Shown: positions 28,655 to 38,461 of the stretch, piece after piece
How positions within the stretch are numbered: the stretch's first letter is position 1
Layout: each line of letters opens with the position of its first letter
DNA from: an uncultured Treponema sp.
GTDB lineage: Bacteria > Spirochaetota > Spirochaetia > Treponematales > Treponemataceae
Direction of reading: 5' to 3'
DNA length: 64,000 bases
Assembly (NCBI GenBank): GCA_947167345.1
Contig: CAMVHR010000004.1
Coordinates: 41,793 to 105,792, forward strand
Made by a program: the position numbers and the translations under genes
Notes under the pieces: model-generated
The model's database searches: none
The model's input: the letters and a program-made list of their open reading frames with translations, nothing else
Told to the model about the DNA's origin: nothing

Positions 28655-29587
28655 CTATTTTTTTGCAGTCTTTGCTATTTCTGTTATGGCAGAAACTACT
28701 CCTGCAAGATTCTGAAAATCTGCAGGAACAATAATCTTTGTTGCCTGTCCGTCGGCGGCCTTTTCCATAGTTTCAAGGCTGCGGAGCTTTATGACAGCTT
28801 CATCGATTCCTGCTTCCTTAATCATCTTAAGACCGTCTGCCGTAGCCTGCTGCACTTCGCGTATAGCTTGGGCTTCACCTTCAGCCCTGCGTACTGCAGC
28901 TTCCTTCTGGGCTTCGGCACGCAAGATAGTAGACTGCTTTTCTGCTTCTGCTTCGAGGATTGCAGACTGCTTTTTACCTTCTGCAACAAGAATTTCTGAC
29001 TGCTTCTGACCTTCGGCAATCAAAATTTTTTCGCGGCGTTCTCGCTCTGCACGCATCTGTTTTTCCATAGCTTCACGAATAGCTTCTGGAGGCATGATGT
29101 TCTTTACTTCTACACGGTTTACCTTGATGCCCCAAGGGTCTGTCGCTTCGTCAAGGATTGTGCGCATCTTTGAGTTGATTACGTCACGGCTTGTAAGTGT
29201 TGCGTCAAGTTCCAGTTCACCAATGATGTTGCGGAGTGTTGTCGCACTCAGGTTTTCAATGGCCGTCATTGGGTTTTCAACACCGTAAGTATACAGTTTT
29301 GGGTCTGTAATCTGCATGTAGACAACTGTATCAATCTTCATTGTTACGTTGTCTTTTGTAATTACAGGCTGTGGAGGGAAATCCAGTACTTTTTCCTTAA
29401 GTGAAACCTTGTTGGCTACTTTGTCAAGGAAAGGCAGCTTTACATGTATGCCTGTCTGCCATGTTGCTATGTAAGCTCCAAGTCGTTCGATTATAAAGGC
29501 GTTTGACTGCGGAACAATCCTGATGTTCTTGATGATCAGAATCATAATCAGCAGGATGAGCACTGCCAGAAGGTAAGTTGTTGCCAT
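28655..29587 (-). CDS. SPFH/stomatin-like protein (QmcA type)
   Basis: TM then IVPQ...ERLG, VITKDNV, LRNIIGELELD, WGIKVNRVE, MEKQMRAERERR. Confidence 0.92.
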   Translation of the reverse strand: MATTYLLAVLILLIMILIIKNIRIVPQSNAFIIERLGAYIATWQTGIHVKLPFLDKVANKVSLKEKVLDFPPQPVITKDNVTMKIDTVVYMQITDPKLYTYGVENPMTAIENLSATTLRNIIGELELDATLTSRDVINSKMRTILDEATDPWGIKVNRVEVKNIMPPEAIREAMEKQMRAERERREKILIAEGQKQSEILVAEGKKQSAILEAEAEKQSTILRAEAQKEAAVRRAEGEAQAIREVQQATADGLKMIKEAGIDEAVIKLRSLETMEKAADGQATKIIVPADFQNLAGVVSAITEIAKTAKK

Positions 29588-29616
29588 TTACTTATTTTCT
29601 CCTTAAATTTCTTTTA

Positions 29617-29781
29617 TTAATTTGCATGACTGGCAACGCAGGCAGAAAATTCATCTGCACTTGCAGAACAGCCTTTTGAACTTAAAAACGCATCAAGTGT
29701 ACCAGCGTCTGTTGCAGCTTCCAGTTCCTGCTGCAAAGCTGGGCTTCCCATAATCTGTGAATATAATTCTTCTGCTGTCAT
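29617..29781 (-). CDS. 54-aa Nif11-like leader-peptide family protein
   Basis: MTAEELYSQIMGSPALQQELEAATDAGTLDAFLSSKGCSASADEF...; GGAGG SD; ATGA overlap with the nfeD stop. Confidence 0.6.
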   Translation of the reverse strand: MTAEELYSQIMGSPALQQELEAATDAGTLDAFLSSKGCSASADEFSACVASHAN

Positions 29782-30239
29782 AAAGTCCTCCTTAAGACTA
29801 ATGTGTTTCCTTTTATTGCTGTAACGGTACATTTCGTACCGGACTGAATGTTTGCTTCTCCAGAATTGTCCGCAATGGCGTTCCAAACGACGCCATTTAT
29901 TTTGACAGTTCCTTTTTTCATTTCCTCAATGGCATCCTGCACTACAACTTGCATGCCAATAAGACTATCGGCATTTGTGAGTGAGTTTTTCATGTTAAGC
30001 TTTTTTATTGCTACTGGACGTGTAAAGACAAGAAGCACGCATGAAATTAATGCAAACAGGATTATCTGGACGGGCAGCGGAATATGTGCCATTGACAGAA
30101 ATATCATTGCAACCGCACCGAGTGCAAACCATATTGTCGTAAGCGACATAGTAAGTGCCTCAATGACGGCGAATATTACTACAAGAGCCAGCCATACCCA
30201 CGGCATGTTGTTCCATATTAAAAAACTGAAATCTGCCAT
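29778..30239 (-). CDS. NfeD family protein (short, YbbJ-like)
   Basis: Three TMs plus OB-fold tail (GTVKINGVVWNA...GNTLVL); next to an SPFH gene. Confidence 0.9.
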   Translation of the reverse strand: MADFSFLIWNNMPWVWLALVVIFAVIEALTMSLTTIWFALGAVAMIFLSMAHIPLPVQIILFALISCVLLVFTRPVAIKKLNMKNSLTNADSLIGMQVVVQDAIEEMKKGTVKINGVVWNAIADNSGEANIQSGTKCTVTAIKGNTLVLRRTL

Positions 30240-30342
30240 ATAGATAAGTATAACCGCCTTCTTGCGTTTAGTCTACACTACAAGCAAATCAATTTTAAGG
30301 CTTAAACTTCAGTTTTTGAGATGCCCTTTAGAAGAGCCTGTT

Positions 30343-31581
30343 CTATTCAAATCGCCTGTCTTCTATGCGTTTTGTCTTTTTTTCGCTACGCGGAAGCTCT
30401 CCTTCACCGACAATCTTTACTTCTGGAGTCATGTTGTACTTCTGCTTGAACGTGTATGCCACGGCAAGTGCTGCTTCCGTGCGGTCTGTACCGCCTTCTA
30501 CTTCAACGAACAGTGTCATCTTGTCTCTTCCGTCGGCATGTTCTATGACTGCACGGTATTCGCTGGATGTTCCTGGCACGGCCTTTATTACGTCTTCAAT
30601 GGTGCTTGGGAATATGATGTTGCCCTTTACTTTTACCATGTCGTCACTGCGGCCAAGAATCTGTGTGATGCGCGGATAGTTATAGCCCTTGCTTGTGCCA
30701 GGTACGAATGCCGCAAGGTCATGCGTGCGGAATCGGAACAGTGGGGCACCTTCTTTTACAAGAGTTGTAAGAGTTATTTCGCCTATTTCTCCTTCTGGTA
30801 CTGGCTTGCCTGTAACAGGGTCAAGAATTTCAATGTAAACGTAATCGTCAAATATGTTTATTGCATCTTCGCCCATGCAGTTGATTCCAATTCCAGGTCC
30901 GTAACATTCCGTAAGTCCATAGATGTCGTACAGCTCAATGCCCAGAATGCCCTGAATGCGCTTGCGCATCTTTTCTCCCCAGCGTTCTGAGCCGATTATT
31001 CCCTTTTTTAGGAAAATTCTATCTTTAATGCCACGCTTTTCAATTTCTTCTGCAAGAAGCAAGGCATACGATGATGTTGCACACAGGACTGTGGACTTTA
31101 AGTCCTGCATCATCTGAAGCTGTTTTTCGGTATTGCCTGGACCAAGAGGAACAGCCATTGCTCCAAGTCTTTCGCAGCCTGCCTGAAATCCAATTCCTGC
31201 TGTCCATAGTCCATAACCTGGAGTAATGTGAATCCTGTCTTTTTTTGTAATGCCTGCAAGCTCGTAGCAGCGAGCAAACATTATGGCCCAGTCTTCAACA
31301 TCTTTTTTTGTGTATGGAATGACTACAGGAGCACCAGTTGTTCCCGATGAAGAGTGAATTCTTACAATTTCTTCTTCTGGTACAGTTGCAAGTCCCAAAG
31401 GGTATGCATCGCGCAATTCCTGCTTTGTTACAAACGGAACAAGATTTTCAAAGTCTTCCTGAGTCTTTATGTCTTGTGCATTAATGTTCTTGAATCTTTC
31501 AGTATAGAACGGATTCCCAAAATTCTTAACTCTTTTTATTTGTGTTCTTATCTGTTCCAGTTGTTTTTCTGTAAGTTTCAT
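30343..31581 (-). CDS. paaK: Phenylacetate/arylacetate-CoA ligase
   Basis: RIHSSSGTTG, YGLWTAGIGF, YGLTE, GRSDDMVKVKG, LPRSEKK; start 31581 chosen (TTG 31656 is an alternative). Confidence 0.88.
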   Translation of the reverse strand: MKLTEKQLEQIRTQIKRVKNFGNPFYTERFKNINAQDIKTQEDFENLVPFVTKQELRDAYPLGLATVPEEEIVRIHSSSGTTGAPVVIPYTKKDVEDWAIMFARCYELAGITKKDRIHITPGYGLWTAGIGFQAGCERLGAMAVPLGPGNTEKQLQMMQDLKSTVLCATSSYALLLAEEIEKRGIKDRIFLKKGIIGSERWGEKMRKRIQGILGIELYDIYGLTECYGPGIGINCMGEDAINIFDDYVYIEILDPVTGKPVPEGEIGEITLTTLVKEGAPLFRFRTHDLAAFVPGTSKGYNYPRITQILGRSDDMVKVKGNIIFPSTIEDVIKAVPGTSSEYRAVIEHADGRDKMTLFVEVEGGTDRTEAALAVAYTFKQKYNMTPEVKIVGEGELPRSEKKTKRIEDRRFE

Positions 31582-31652
31582 GTCTAGTTTTTTCTCCTGC
31601 CGCACTCTGATTTTTTTGTTACTGTAAATCGTAATTTGTAAGTTTGGTTCTG

Positions 31653-32630
31653 TCAATCCCAGCTGTTGAATTTTACACGTTCTTCAAACGTCTTTTTTGA
31701 AGGCCCCTTTACTTCATCAAGAGCTTTTCCAACAGGAAGAATGCAGACTACATCATATCCATCTGGTACATTTAGAATTTCTGCAATCTTATCGCATATT
31801 CGGTCTTCGTCTGTAATGTGTCCTTCATACCAGCAGCTCTGATATCCAAGCTCGACAATGGCAAGCAACATGTTTTCTATGGCGGCGGAATAGTCCTGAA
31901 CGGCAAAGCATCTGTCGCGATAGGCATTTATTCTCTGTGAAAGAACTACAATCATTGAGGGGGCTGTCTTTGCAACCGGCGGATCAATTGCTTTTTTTAT
32001 CTTAGTTAGCGTTTCCTGATTATTTACAATAATAAGGCTTGTTGTCTGCTTGTTGCAGCCTGAAGGAGCTTCAAGACCTGTCCTAGCGATTGTCTTTAGG
32101 TCTTCTTCTGGTACTGCATCAGTGGAAAAAGCTCCCCTGTAACTGTGACGTGCTACAATTGTAGAAAGTGCTGTCTTCAAGCTCATGATGTATATTTGGC
32201 ACGGATTTTTTTCATCCCAAATCTGCTCAAATACTTCAAGTTTTTTGAAACCAACGCTTTTATAAAAAGCATTTGTCTTGTCGTAGTCTTCGTACATCCC
32301 TTCGCGTACAGTCTTGACCTGAAGGAATGAATATCCTTTTTTTATTGCAAAATCTTTTGCAGCTTCAACAAGGCTTCGTCCAATGCCACTGCGGTGATGC
32401 TCCTTTAAAACTCCGGTAACGGCAATGTCAACAGTGTCTGAACTTGTTTCCTTTAAGCATAAAAATCCAACTGGAACATCATCTGCATAACAAGCAAAAA
32501 ATGGCAGGGATGCAGATTCTTCTATAAGTGTTTCCCTGTTTTCGGGTACTTCAAACCATTCTGTAAGACCTTCAAGAATTTTACGCGCAATGTTCCTGCG
32601 TTCAGTACAGTCTGTTATAACTTTTATCAT
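31653..32630 (-). CDS. GNAT acetyltransferase fused to nitroreductase
   Basis: N-terminal GNAT (HRSGIGRSL...FYKSVGF); C-terminal RHSYRGAF...APSGCNKQ...ENMLLA...GYQSCW; GAGGAG SD before 32630. Confidence 0.85.
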   Translation of the reverse strand: MIKVITDCTERRNIARKILEGLTEWFEVPENRETLIEESASLPFFACYADDVPVGFLCLKETSSDTVDIAVTGVLKEHHRSGIGRSLVEAAKDFAIKKGYSFLQVKTVREGMYEDYDKTNAFYKSVGFKKLEVFEQIWDEKNPCQIYIMSLKTALSTIVARHSYRGAFSTDAVPEEDLKTIARTGLEAPSGCNKQTTSLIIVNNQETLTKIKKAIDPPVAKTAPSMIVVLSQRINAYRDRCFAVQDYSAAIENMLLAIVELGYQSCWYEGHITDEDRICDKIAEILNVPDGYDVVCILPVGKALDEVKGPSKKTFEERVKFNSWD

Positions 32631-32652
32631 GTCTTCTCCTCGTTTCACATGT

Positions 32653-32883
32653 TCAATCACAAGTATACCCTGGTTTTTTAAACAGAAATTCTTTATCTGC
32701 CACAATAGATTTATTCCAAACCTCTTCTTTCCATTTATTTTCTGGAATATCCTTTATTGCTACAGAGACACTGGAAACTTTGCAGCCCAAAGTTTCTGCT
32801 ATTACTTCTGAAATTTTCTGGGCACAGTCTTTTTTTTGTTCCTCTGTCCTTCCTGGAAAACATTTTATTTCGACATGCGGCAT
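32653..32883 (-). CDS. pptA: 4-oxalocrotonate tautomerase family protein, YdcE/PptA-like
   Basis: Catalytic Pro1 (MPHVEIKCFPG...) and C-terminal KKPGY, resembling E. coli YdcE as recalled. Confidence 0.78.
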   Translation of the reverse strand: MPHVEIKCFPGRTEEQKKDCAQKISEVIAETLGCKVSSVSVAIKDIPENKWKEEVWNKSIVADKEFLFKKPGYTCD

Positions 32884-32893
32884 TTTTTACCTC

Positions 32894-33457
32894 CTAGTTG
32901 TAATGCAGAGCCTTTATGTTCAGTTCCTGAAACTCTGGCTTGACCATGAGCTTTATTGCTTCTTCTATTGCATTCATGCTGATTATGCCTGTTCTGCATG
33001 CCGCACCTAAAAGAAGTGTGTTTACGATTTTAGGGCTGCCAAGTTCGGCACAGGCTTTGTCTGTGTCTACGCAGGTGACGTTCGGAGTATGCTCTTTGAG
33101 TGCAGAAATCATTTCGTCTTCAGAAAATGTTTTTCCTGTAAGGCTTGCCGTAACGGGCTGAACGACCTTTGCGTTTACTATGACCATGCCGTCTTTTTTT
33201 AGATAGTCAAGATTTCGTACCGCCTCCGCTGCTTCAAACGCAATGATTATGTCTGCCTGCCCTTTGGGAATGAGCGGAGAATATGCGTCACTTCCAATGC
33301 GTACATGGCTTGTAACGGAACCTCCCCTCTGTGCCATGCCGATTGTTTCGGCAGAAAGAACTGCTTCACCTTTTGCTACGGCAGCCTGAGACACAAGTTT
33401 TGCTGCAAGAACCGTGCCCTGTCCGCCGACTCCGCAAATTAATATATTTTTAGACAT
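32894..33457 (-). CDS. iorB: Indolepyruvate:ferredoxin oxidoreductase beta subunit
   Basis: GVGGQGTVLA, GMAQRGGSVTSHVRIG, FEAAEA. Confidence 0.92.
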   Translation of the reverse strand: MSKNILICGVGGQGTVLAAKLVSQAAVAKGEAVLSAETIGMAQRGGSVTSHVRIGSDAYSPLIPKGQADIIIAFEAAEAVRNLDYLKKDGMVIVNAKVVQPVTASLTGKTFSEDEMISALKEHTPNVTCVDTDKACAELGSPKIVNTLLLGAACRTGIISMNAIEEAIKLMVKPEFQELNIKALHYN

Positions 33458-33609
33458 TGTATGCTCCTGTCAGAATTTTGTATGAAAACATAAGGATTAC
33501 AGCCTGCTTTCTCGCGTGAATGTTTTATTATTCCTGCACAGAGGTGCAATCCCAGCCCTGCCTTCACTTAAAGAAACTGAACAGTTCTTAAATGAGGCAG
33601 GTTGATTTG

Positions 33610-35478
33610 TTAGCAGATTGCCTTTACAGGACAAACTTTACTGCATAATCCGCATCCAGTGCATAAAGAGCCGTCAATGACGGCTTTTGTTTTGCCAGTT
33701 GCGGATGCTTTTAGGCTCAGTGCAGGGCATCCCAACTCAGTTATGCACTTTCTGCAGCCAATACATTTTTCTTCATTTACCACAAGTGCGTGAGGTTTTT
33801 CCCATCCAACTTTTGAAGCTATGGCAATGCAAGGTGCTTTGAAAATGACTGCACTTACTCCCTGACTGTCAGAAGCTTTTTTTACCGCCTCCACAGCTTT
33901 ATCCAGCTCAAATGGATTTACAGTAATTACGGGGCTTACTCCAATTGCGACAAGGATTTTTTCTATGCTGATTTTTTCAACAATCTCACCCATCATTGTC
34001 ATGCCTGTTCCTGGATGAGGCTGGTGGCCTGTCATGGCTGTGGTTGAATTGTCCAGTATGCATATTGTCTGATGTGACTGATTGTATACTGCATTTACAA
34101 CGCCTGTTATGCCAGAGGCAAAGAATGTGGAATCCCCTATAAATGAAAAGCATTTTCTGTCAGGCTCGTTATGGTAAAAGCCCTGCGCCATTGTAATGTC
34201 CGCACCCATGCAAAGACAAGTGTCGCACATGTCTAAAGGTTTTGCATTGCCTAGCGTGTAGCAACCGATGTCTCCGCAGTAGGCAGTCTTTTGGCCTTTC
34301 ATTGCCTGTTTTACGGCATAGAATGCTCCGCGGTGAGGGCATCCTGCACATAGGACTGGCGGACGCACTGGCAGCTCTGGAGATGGAACTGGTTTTTCTG
34401 TTTGAGATACAGATTCGTTCTCTGTAATGCCAGCAAGTCTTTCGATTATCTTTTTTATGATTTCTACGGAAAGTTCTCCTGCCTCTGGTACTGTGCCGTC
34501 CATCTTGCCGTGAACTTTTGTCGCCAGCTGTTCTTTTCCGCAAAGTAAAATGAGTTCCTGTTCGATTACTGGGTCAAGTTCTTCAAACACTATGATTTCT
34601 TTTGTGTCTTGCAGGAATGTTTTTGCAAATGGTGCTGGGAAGGGGTATGGAGTGCCAATCTTAAGTATGCGCGCGTTTGCAATGAGTGTGTTCTGCGGAT
34701 GGCTTTCTTTGAGTGTGCACAGGGCTTCTTTTAGATAGCACCAAGAGATGCCTCCTGCGGCAAAGTTTAGGCCTGTCTTTGTACCCATGTTTTCTATAGA
34801 ATTAAATGAAGATGCGGAAAACTCTTTTGGCAATGTACTCAGGTTGCGGCTGAATATGCGTTTGTGATTATTATAAGAAGCTTTTGGAAAGATGACCCAC
34901 CGCTGGCTGTCTTTTTCAAATGTTCCGCTCTGACGGCATGGTTTTAGCTCTGGAAATTCCATGGACTGGTAGGCATGATCCACGCGCGTTGTAGGACGCA
35001 GGATTACAGGCGTACTGTATTTTTCTGAAAGAGCGAAAGCTTCCTGAATCATGTCGAATGCTTCCTTCGGTGTGGACGGGTCAAAAACAGGAATCTTGGA
35101 GTATGCGCCGAATGTACGTGTGTCCTGTTCTGTCTGGCTTGATATTGGCCCAGGATCATCTGCAGAAACGATTACCATGCCGCCCTTTACTCCCACGTAG
35201 GAAAGGCACATTACAGGGTCTGAGGCTACGTTTAGCCCGACTTGCTTCATGGTAACGAGAGTGCGGCTTCCTGCATAGCTTGCACCTGCGGCAACTTCTA
35301 TGGCAGCTTTTTCATTTACAGACCATTCAACATAAGTTCCTGTCTGTTCCTTGTATTTGGCAATGAATTCTATTATTTCGCTAGAAGGTGTTCCAGGGTA
35401 ACCTGCCACAAGGTTTACCCCAGCTTTGAGCGCACCAAGTGCAATTGCCTGGTTGCCCATAATCATCTGTCTTGTCAT
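33610..35478 (-). CDS. iorA: Indolepyruvate:ferredoxin oxidoreductase alpha subunit
   Basis: YPGTPSSE, NEKAA, CAGCPHR, GDIGCY, GDSTF TPP motif, two C-terminal [4Fe-4S] motifs. Confidence 0.95.
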   Translation of the reverse strand: MTRQMIMGNQAIALGALKAGVNLVAGYPGTPSSEIIEFIAKYKEQTGTYVEWSVNEKAAIEVAAGASYAGSRTLVTMKQVGLNVASDPVMCLSYVGVKGGMVIVSADDPGPISSQTEQDTRTFGAYSKIPVFDPSTPKEAFDMIQEAFALSEKYSTPVILRPTTRVDHAYQSMEFPELKPCRQSGTFEKDSQRWVIFPKASYNNHKRIFSRNLSTLPKEFSASSFNSIENMGTKTGLNFAAGGISWCYLKEALCTLKESHPQNTLIANARILKIGTPYPFPAPFAKTFLQDTKEIIVFEELDPVIEQELILLCGKEQLATKVHGKMDGTVPEAGELSVEIIKKIIERLAGITENESVSQTEKPVPSPELPVRPPVLCAGCPHRGAFYAVKQAMKGQKTAYCGDIGCYTLGNAKPLDMCDTCLCMGADITMAQGFYHNEPDRKCFSFIGDSTFFASGITGVVNAVYNQSHQTICILDNSTTAMTGHQPHPGTGMTMMGEIVEKISIEKILVAIGVSPVITVNPFELDKAVEAVKKASDSQGVSAVIFKAPCIAIASKVGWEKPHALVVNEEKCIGCRKCITELGCPALSLKASATGKTKAVIDGSLCTGCGLCSKVCPVKAIC

Positions 35479-35653
35479 GCGGACAGTGTAGCATAAAAAA
35501 GAGTGATTAGAAAGCGGTTTACTGAGCCTTTTCAGAATCTCCCTATAGCTTTTCCCAATAATAGGCCATAAAAAAACAGTATAACTATTGCCTATCTAAA
35601 TGATAGACATTTGTAAGAATAGAAACTATACTCACCACGTGAGGAACTCATGT

Positions 35654-36778
35654 ATGTCAGAAACAATACTTTCCATTCAGGGCGTGACAAAAAAATTTGG
35701 CAATAGCGAAATTTTAAGAAATATCTCTCTTGAAGTAGAAAAAGGAGAATTCATTACTCTTCTTGGTGCGAGTGGTTGCGGAAAAACGACGCTGTTACGC
35801 ATTATTGCAGGTCTTGAAACTCCCACGTCTGGAAACATTTTTCTTCACGGAAAAGACATAACGAATGTGGCTCCAAACAAAAGAAATGTAAATACTGTGT
35901 TTCAAAACTATGCCCTTTTCCCCCACATGTCTGTAATTGCAAATGTCGGCTACGGTCTAAAGGTAAGGGGCGTTGATAAGAAAACTATAGAAGAAACGTC
36001 TCGTAAATATCTTTCTTTGGTTCAACTGGATTCTTTTGAACATAGGTATCCTGCAAATCTCTCTGGCGGACAGAAACAGAGGGTTGCTCTTGCAAGGGCT
36101 TTGGCTACAGAGCCGGATATACTACTGCTGGATGAACCTCTGGCGGCATTGGACTTAAAGCTTCGAAAGCAGATGCAGGCAGATTTAAAAAGAATTCAGC
36201 AGACGACGGGAACAACTTTCATTTATGTTACGCATGACCAAGGAGAGGCCTTAAACTTGTCCACAAGGATATGCCTTATGAACGAGGGATTCTTTGAGCA
36301 GGTTGACAGTCCATTAGCAATATATAACAAGCCTGAAAGCAAATATGTTGCAGACTTCATTGGCGATACCAACATAATATCTGCGCTGACCGAATTGGAA
36401 TTCCTTAAAGAAAATGAACTTTTTGCATGGCTCATAACACCTGCAGGAAAGGTCATCAACAAATATGATTCCTCTTACAAACGGGATTCAAGCCTGTACA
36501 TATCTGTGCGTCCTGAAACCATTTATTGGAATACTGATAAGAGCAAGCTTCCTGACTATGGGTTTTACTTGGATGGAAAAATTGTAAACCATCACTTTAA
36601 CGGCTCTTTTTCACGAATTGACATAGAAACTCAGAATGGATTTGTGTTTACGGCAAGTGCAGTCAGTGGACGTAATGTTATACCCCCTGCAGGAACGGAA
36701 GTTTATTTTACATGGTCTCCTGTTGAAAGCGTTCTTGTGAATGAAAAAAAAGAATCAAGACAGCAAGGTGGAATCTAA
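35654..36778 (+). CDS. ABC transporter ATP-binding protein, PotA-like
   Basis: GASGCGKT, LSGGQKQR, LLLDEP, TOBE tail; GAGGA SD. Confidence 0.92.
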   Translation: MSETILSIQGVTKKFGNSEILRNISLEVEKGEFITLLGASGCGKTTLLRIIAGLETPTSGNIFLHGKDITNVAPNKRNVNTVFQNYALFPHMSVIANVGYGLKVRGVDKKTIEETSRKYLSLVQLDSFEHRYPANLSGGQKQRVALARALATEPDILLLDEPLAALDLKLRKQMQADLKRIQQTTGTTFIYVTHDQGEALNLSTRICLMNEGFFEQVDSPLAIYNKPESKYVADFIGDTNIISALTELEFLKENELFAWLITPAGKVINKYDSSYKRDSSLYISVRPETIYWNTDKSKLPDYGFYLDGKIVNHHFNGSFSRIDIETQNGFVFTASAVSGRNVIPPAGTEVYFTWSPVESVLVNEKKESRQQGGI

Positions 36779-37638
36779 TGAAAAAAACAGATAGGCTCAA
36801 TTTATCAATATCAGGTTCTATTCCAGCATTTGCATGGATGATATTCTGCATGGCAATTCCTCTGGTGTATATTGTTGCAATAAGTTTCCTTACTAAAGGA
36901 GCTAAGTGGGGAATTGAGTTGAAATTTACATTAGACAATTATAAAAGGGTGTTTGATCCTCTTTACATAAGGATTTTCATTAATTCTTTTTTTGTCGCGG
37001 CAGCAACAACACTTCTGACTCTTGTTATAGGATATCCGTTTGCTTTTTGCGTAACTCTTTTTCCTAAAAAAAAGCAGTCCCTGATTATAACTCTTTTGAT
37101 GATTCCGTTTTGGACAAATACGCTCATTCGTGTATACGGATGGATTATTATTCTTCAGAAAAAAGGAATCATCAATACTGTTTTTACAGCCTTGAATATT
37201 TTCAACTCTCCTCATGATTTTCTTTACCACCAGTCTACAGTCATGCTGGGAATAGTCTATACGATGCTTCCTTTCATGATTCTGCCGGTTTATAACGCAA
37301 TAGAAAAACTTGACTGGACTCTAATAGACGCTTCCAGCGACCTTGGGGCTAATAAGATTCAGACATTCCTGTTTGTCATAGTTCCGCAGACATTCAGCGG
37401 CATTATGACAGGCTGCATCATGGTATTCATGCCATCCATTGGAATTTATTATGTCGCTGATTTACTAGGCGGAGCAAATTCCATTCTACTTGGAAATCTT
37501 ATAAAGAACCAGTTTTTTGAAGCTAGAAACTGGCCGTTCGGTGCGGCATTGTCTGTAATAATGTCAATACTGTCTTTAGTGCTTATCAGGCTTTACAAGA
37601 AAGCTTTGGGAAATAATGCTTCCATAGAAATATTGTGA
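36778..37638 (+). CDS. ABC permease, PotB-like
   Basis: PFWTNTLIR, EAA-loop DASSDLGA, NWPFGAALS. Confidence 0.9.
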   Translation: MKKTDRLNLSISGSIPAFAWMIFCMAIPLVYIVAISFLTKGAKWGIELKFTLDNYKRVFDPLYIRIFINSFFVAAATTLLTLVIGYPFAFCVTLFPKKKQSLIITLLMIPFWTNTLIRVYGWIIILQKKGIINTVFTALNIFNSPHDFLYHQSTVMLGIVYTMLPFMILPVYNAIEKLDWTLIDASSDLGANKIQTFLFVIVPQTFSGIMTGCIMVFMPSIGIYYVADLLGGANSILLGNLIKNQFFEARNWPFGAALSVIMSILSLVLIRLYKKALGNNASIEIL

Positions 37639-37645
37639 GGAAAAC

Positions 37646-38437
37646 ATGTCTGTAAACGTAAAGAAAATTTTTGGAAAGGGATATGTATGGCTTGTGCTGT
37701 TTTTCTTTTATTTCCCTATAGTCATGGTTGTCATTTATTCGTTTAACAATACAACATCTCCTAATAGTGCCGTGTGGCATGGTTTTTCCTTGCGCTGGTA
37801 CAAGACATTGTTTTCTAATGTTCAAATAGGTCTGGCTGTAAGAAATTCTTTTGCAATTGCGGTCATTACTGTCATGCTTTCTCTTGTGCTTGGCATCCCT
37901 GCGGCAATTTCCATGTGGGAACGCGATTCAAAAATAAACAGGTTTCTCGAAAACCTGTCTTACCTTTCAATCCTTTTACCAGAAATAATATACGGCATAG
38001 CTTTTCTGACATGGTTTTCCTTTTTGAAATTTCCGTTTGGACTTTATTCCGTATCGATAGCTCATTCGACCTTTTGCATTCCCTATACGATAATCATGGT
38101 ACGGGCCAGACTTTCAACCGTGGACAAATTCACGATAGAGGCTGCAAGAACACTTGGAGCAAGCAAAATAAGAGCTTTTTGTGACATACTCATTCCTGAC
38201 ATAGTTCCTGCAATTGTGTCTTCTGCACTGCTAAGTTTTGTCCTTTCTTTGGACAACGTAATTATAACTACTTTTTCTTCTGGGGCTGACGGAACGACTC
38301 TCCCTTTGAAGATTTATTCAATGCTCAGGTTAAAGCCCAGCCCTGTCATAAACGCCTTGTGTGCATTAATGACTCTCGTAACATTTCTGTCTGTTGCCCT
38401 TCGGTATTTGATTGATAGCAAGGGTGAAAAAAAATAA
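37646..38437 (+). CDS. ABC permease, PotC-like
   Basis: FSLRWY, EAARTLGA, TLPLKIYS. Confidence 0.9.
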   Translation: MSVNVKKIFGKGYVWLVLFFFYFPIVMVVIYSFNNTTSPNSAVWHGFSLRWYKTLFSNVQIGLAVRNSFAIAVITVMLSLVLGIPAAISMWERDSKINRFLENLSYLSILLPEIIYGIAFLTWFSFLKFPFGLYSVSIAHSTFCIPYTIIMVRARLSTVDKFTIEAARTLGASKIRAFCDILIPDIVPAIVSSALLSFVLSLDNVIITTFSSGADGTTLPLKIYSMLRLKPSPVINALCALMTLVTFLSVALRYLIDSKGEKK

Positions 38438-38461
38438 AGTTAAAAGATTGGAGGTAATTTT

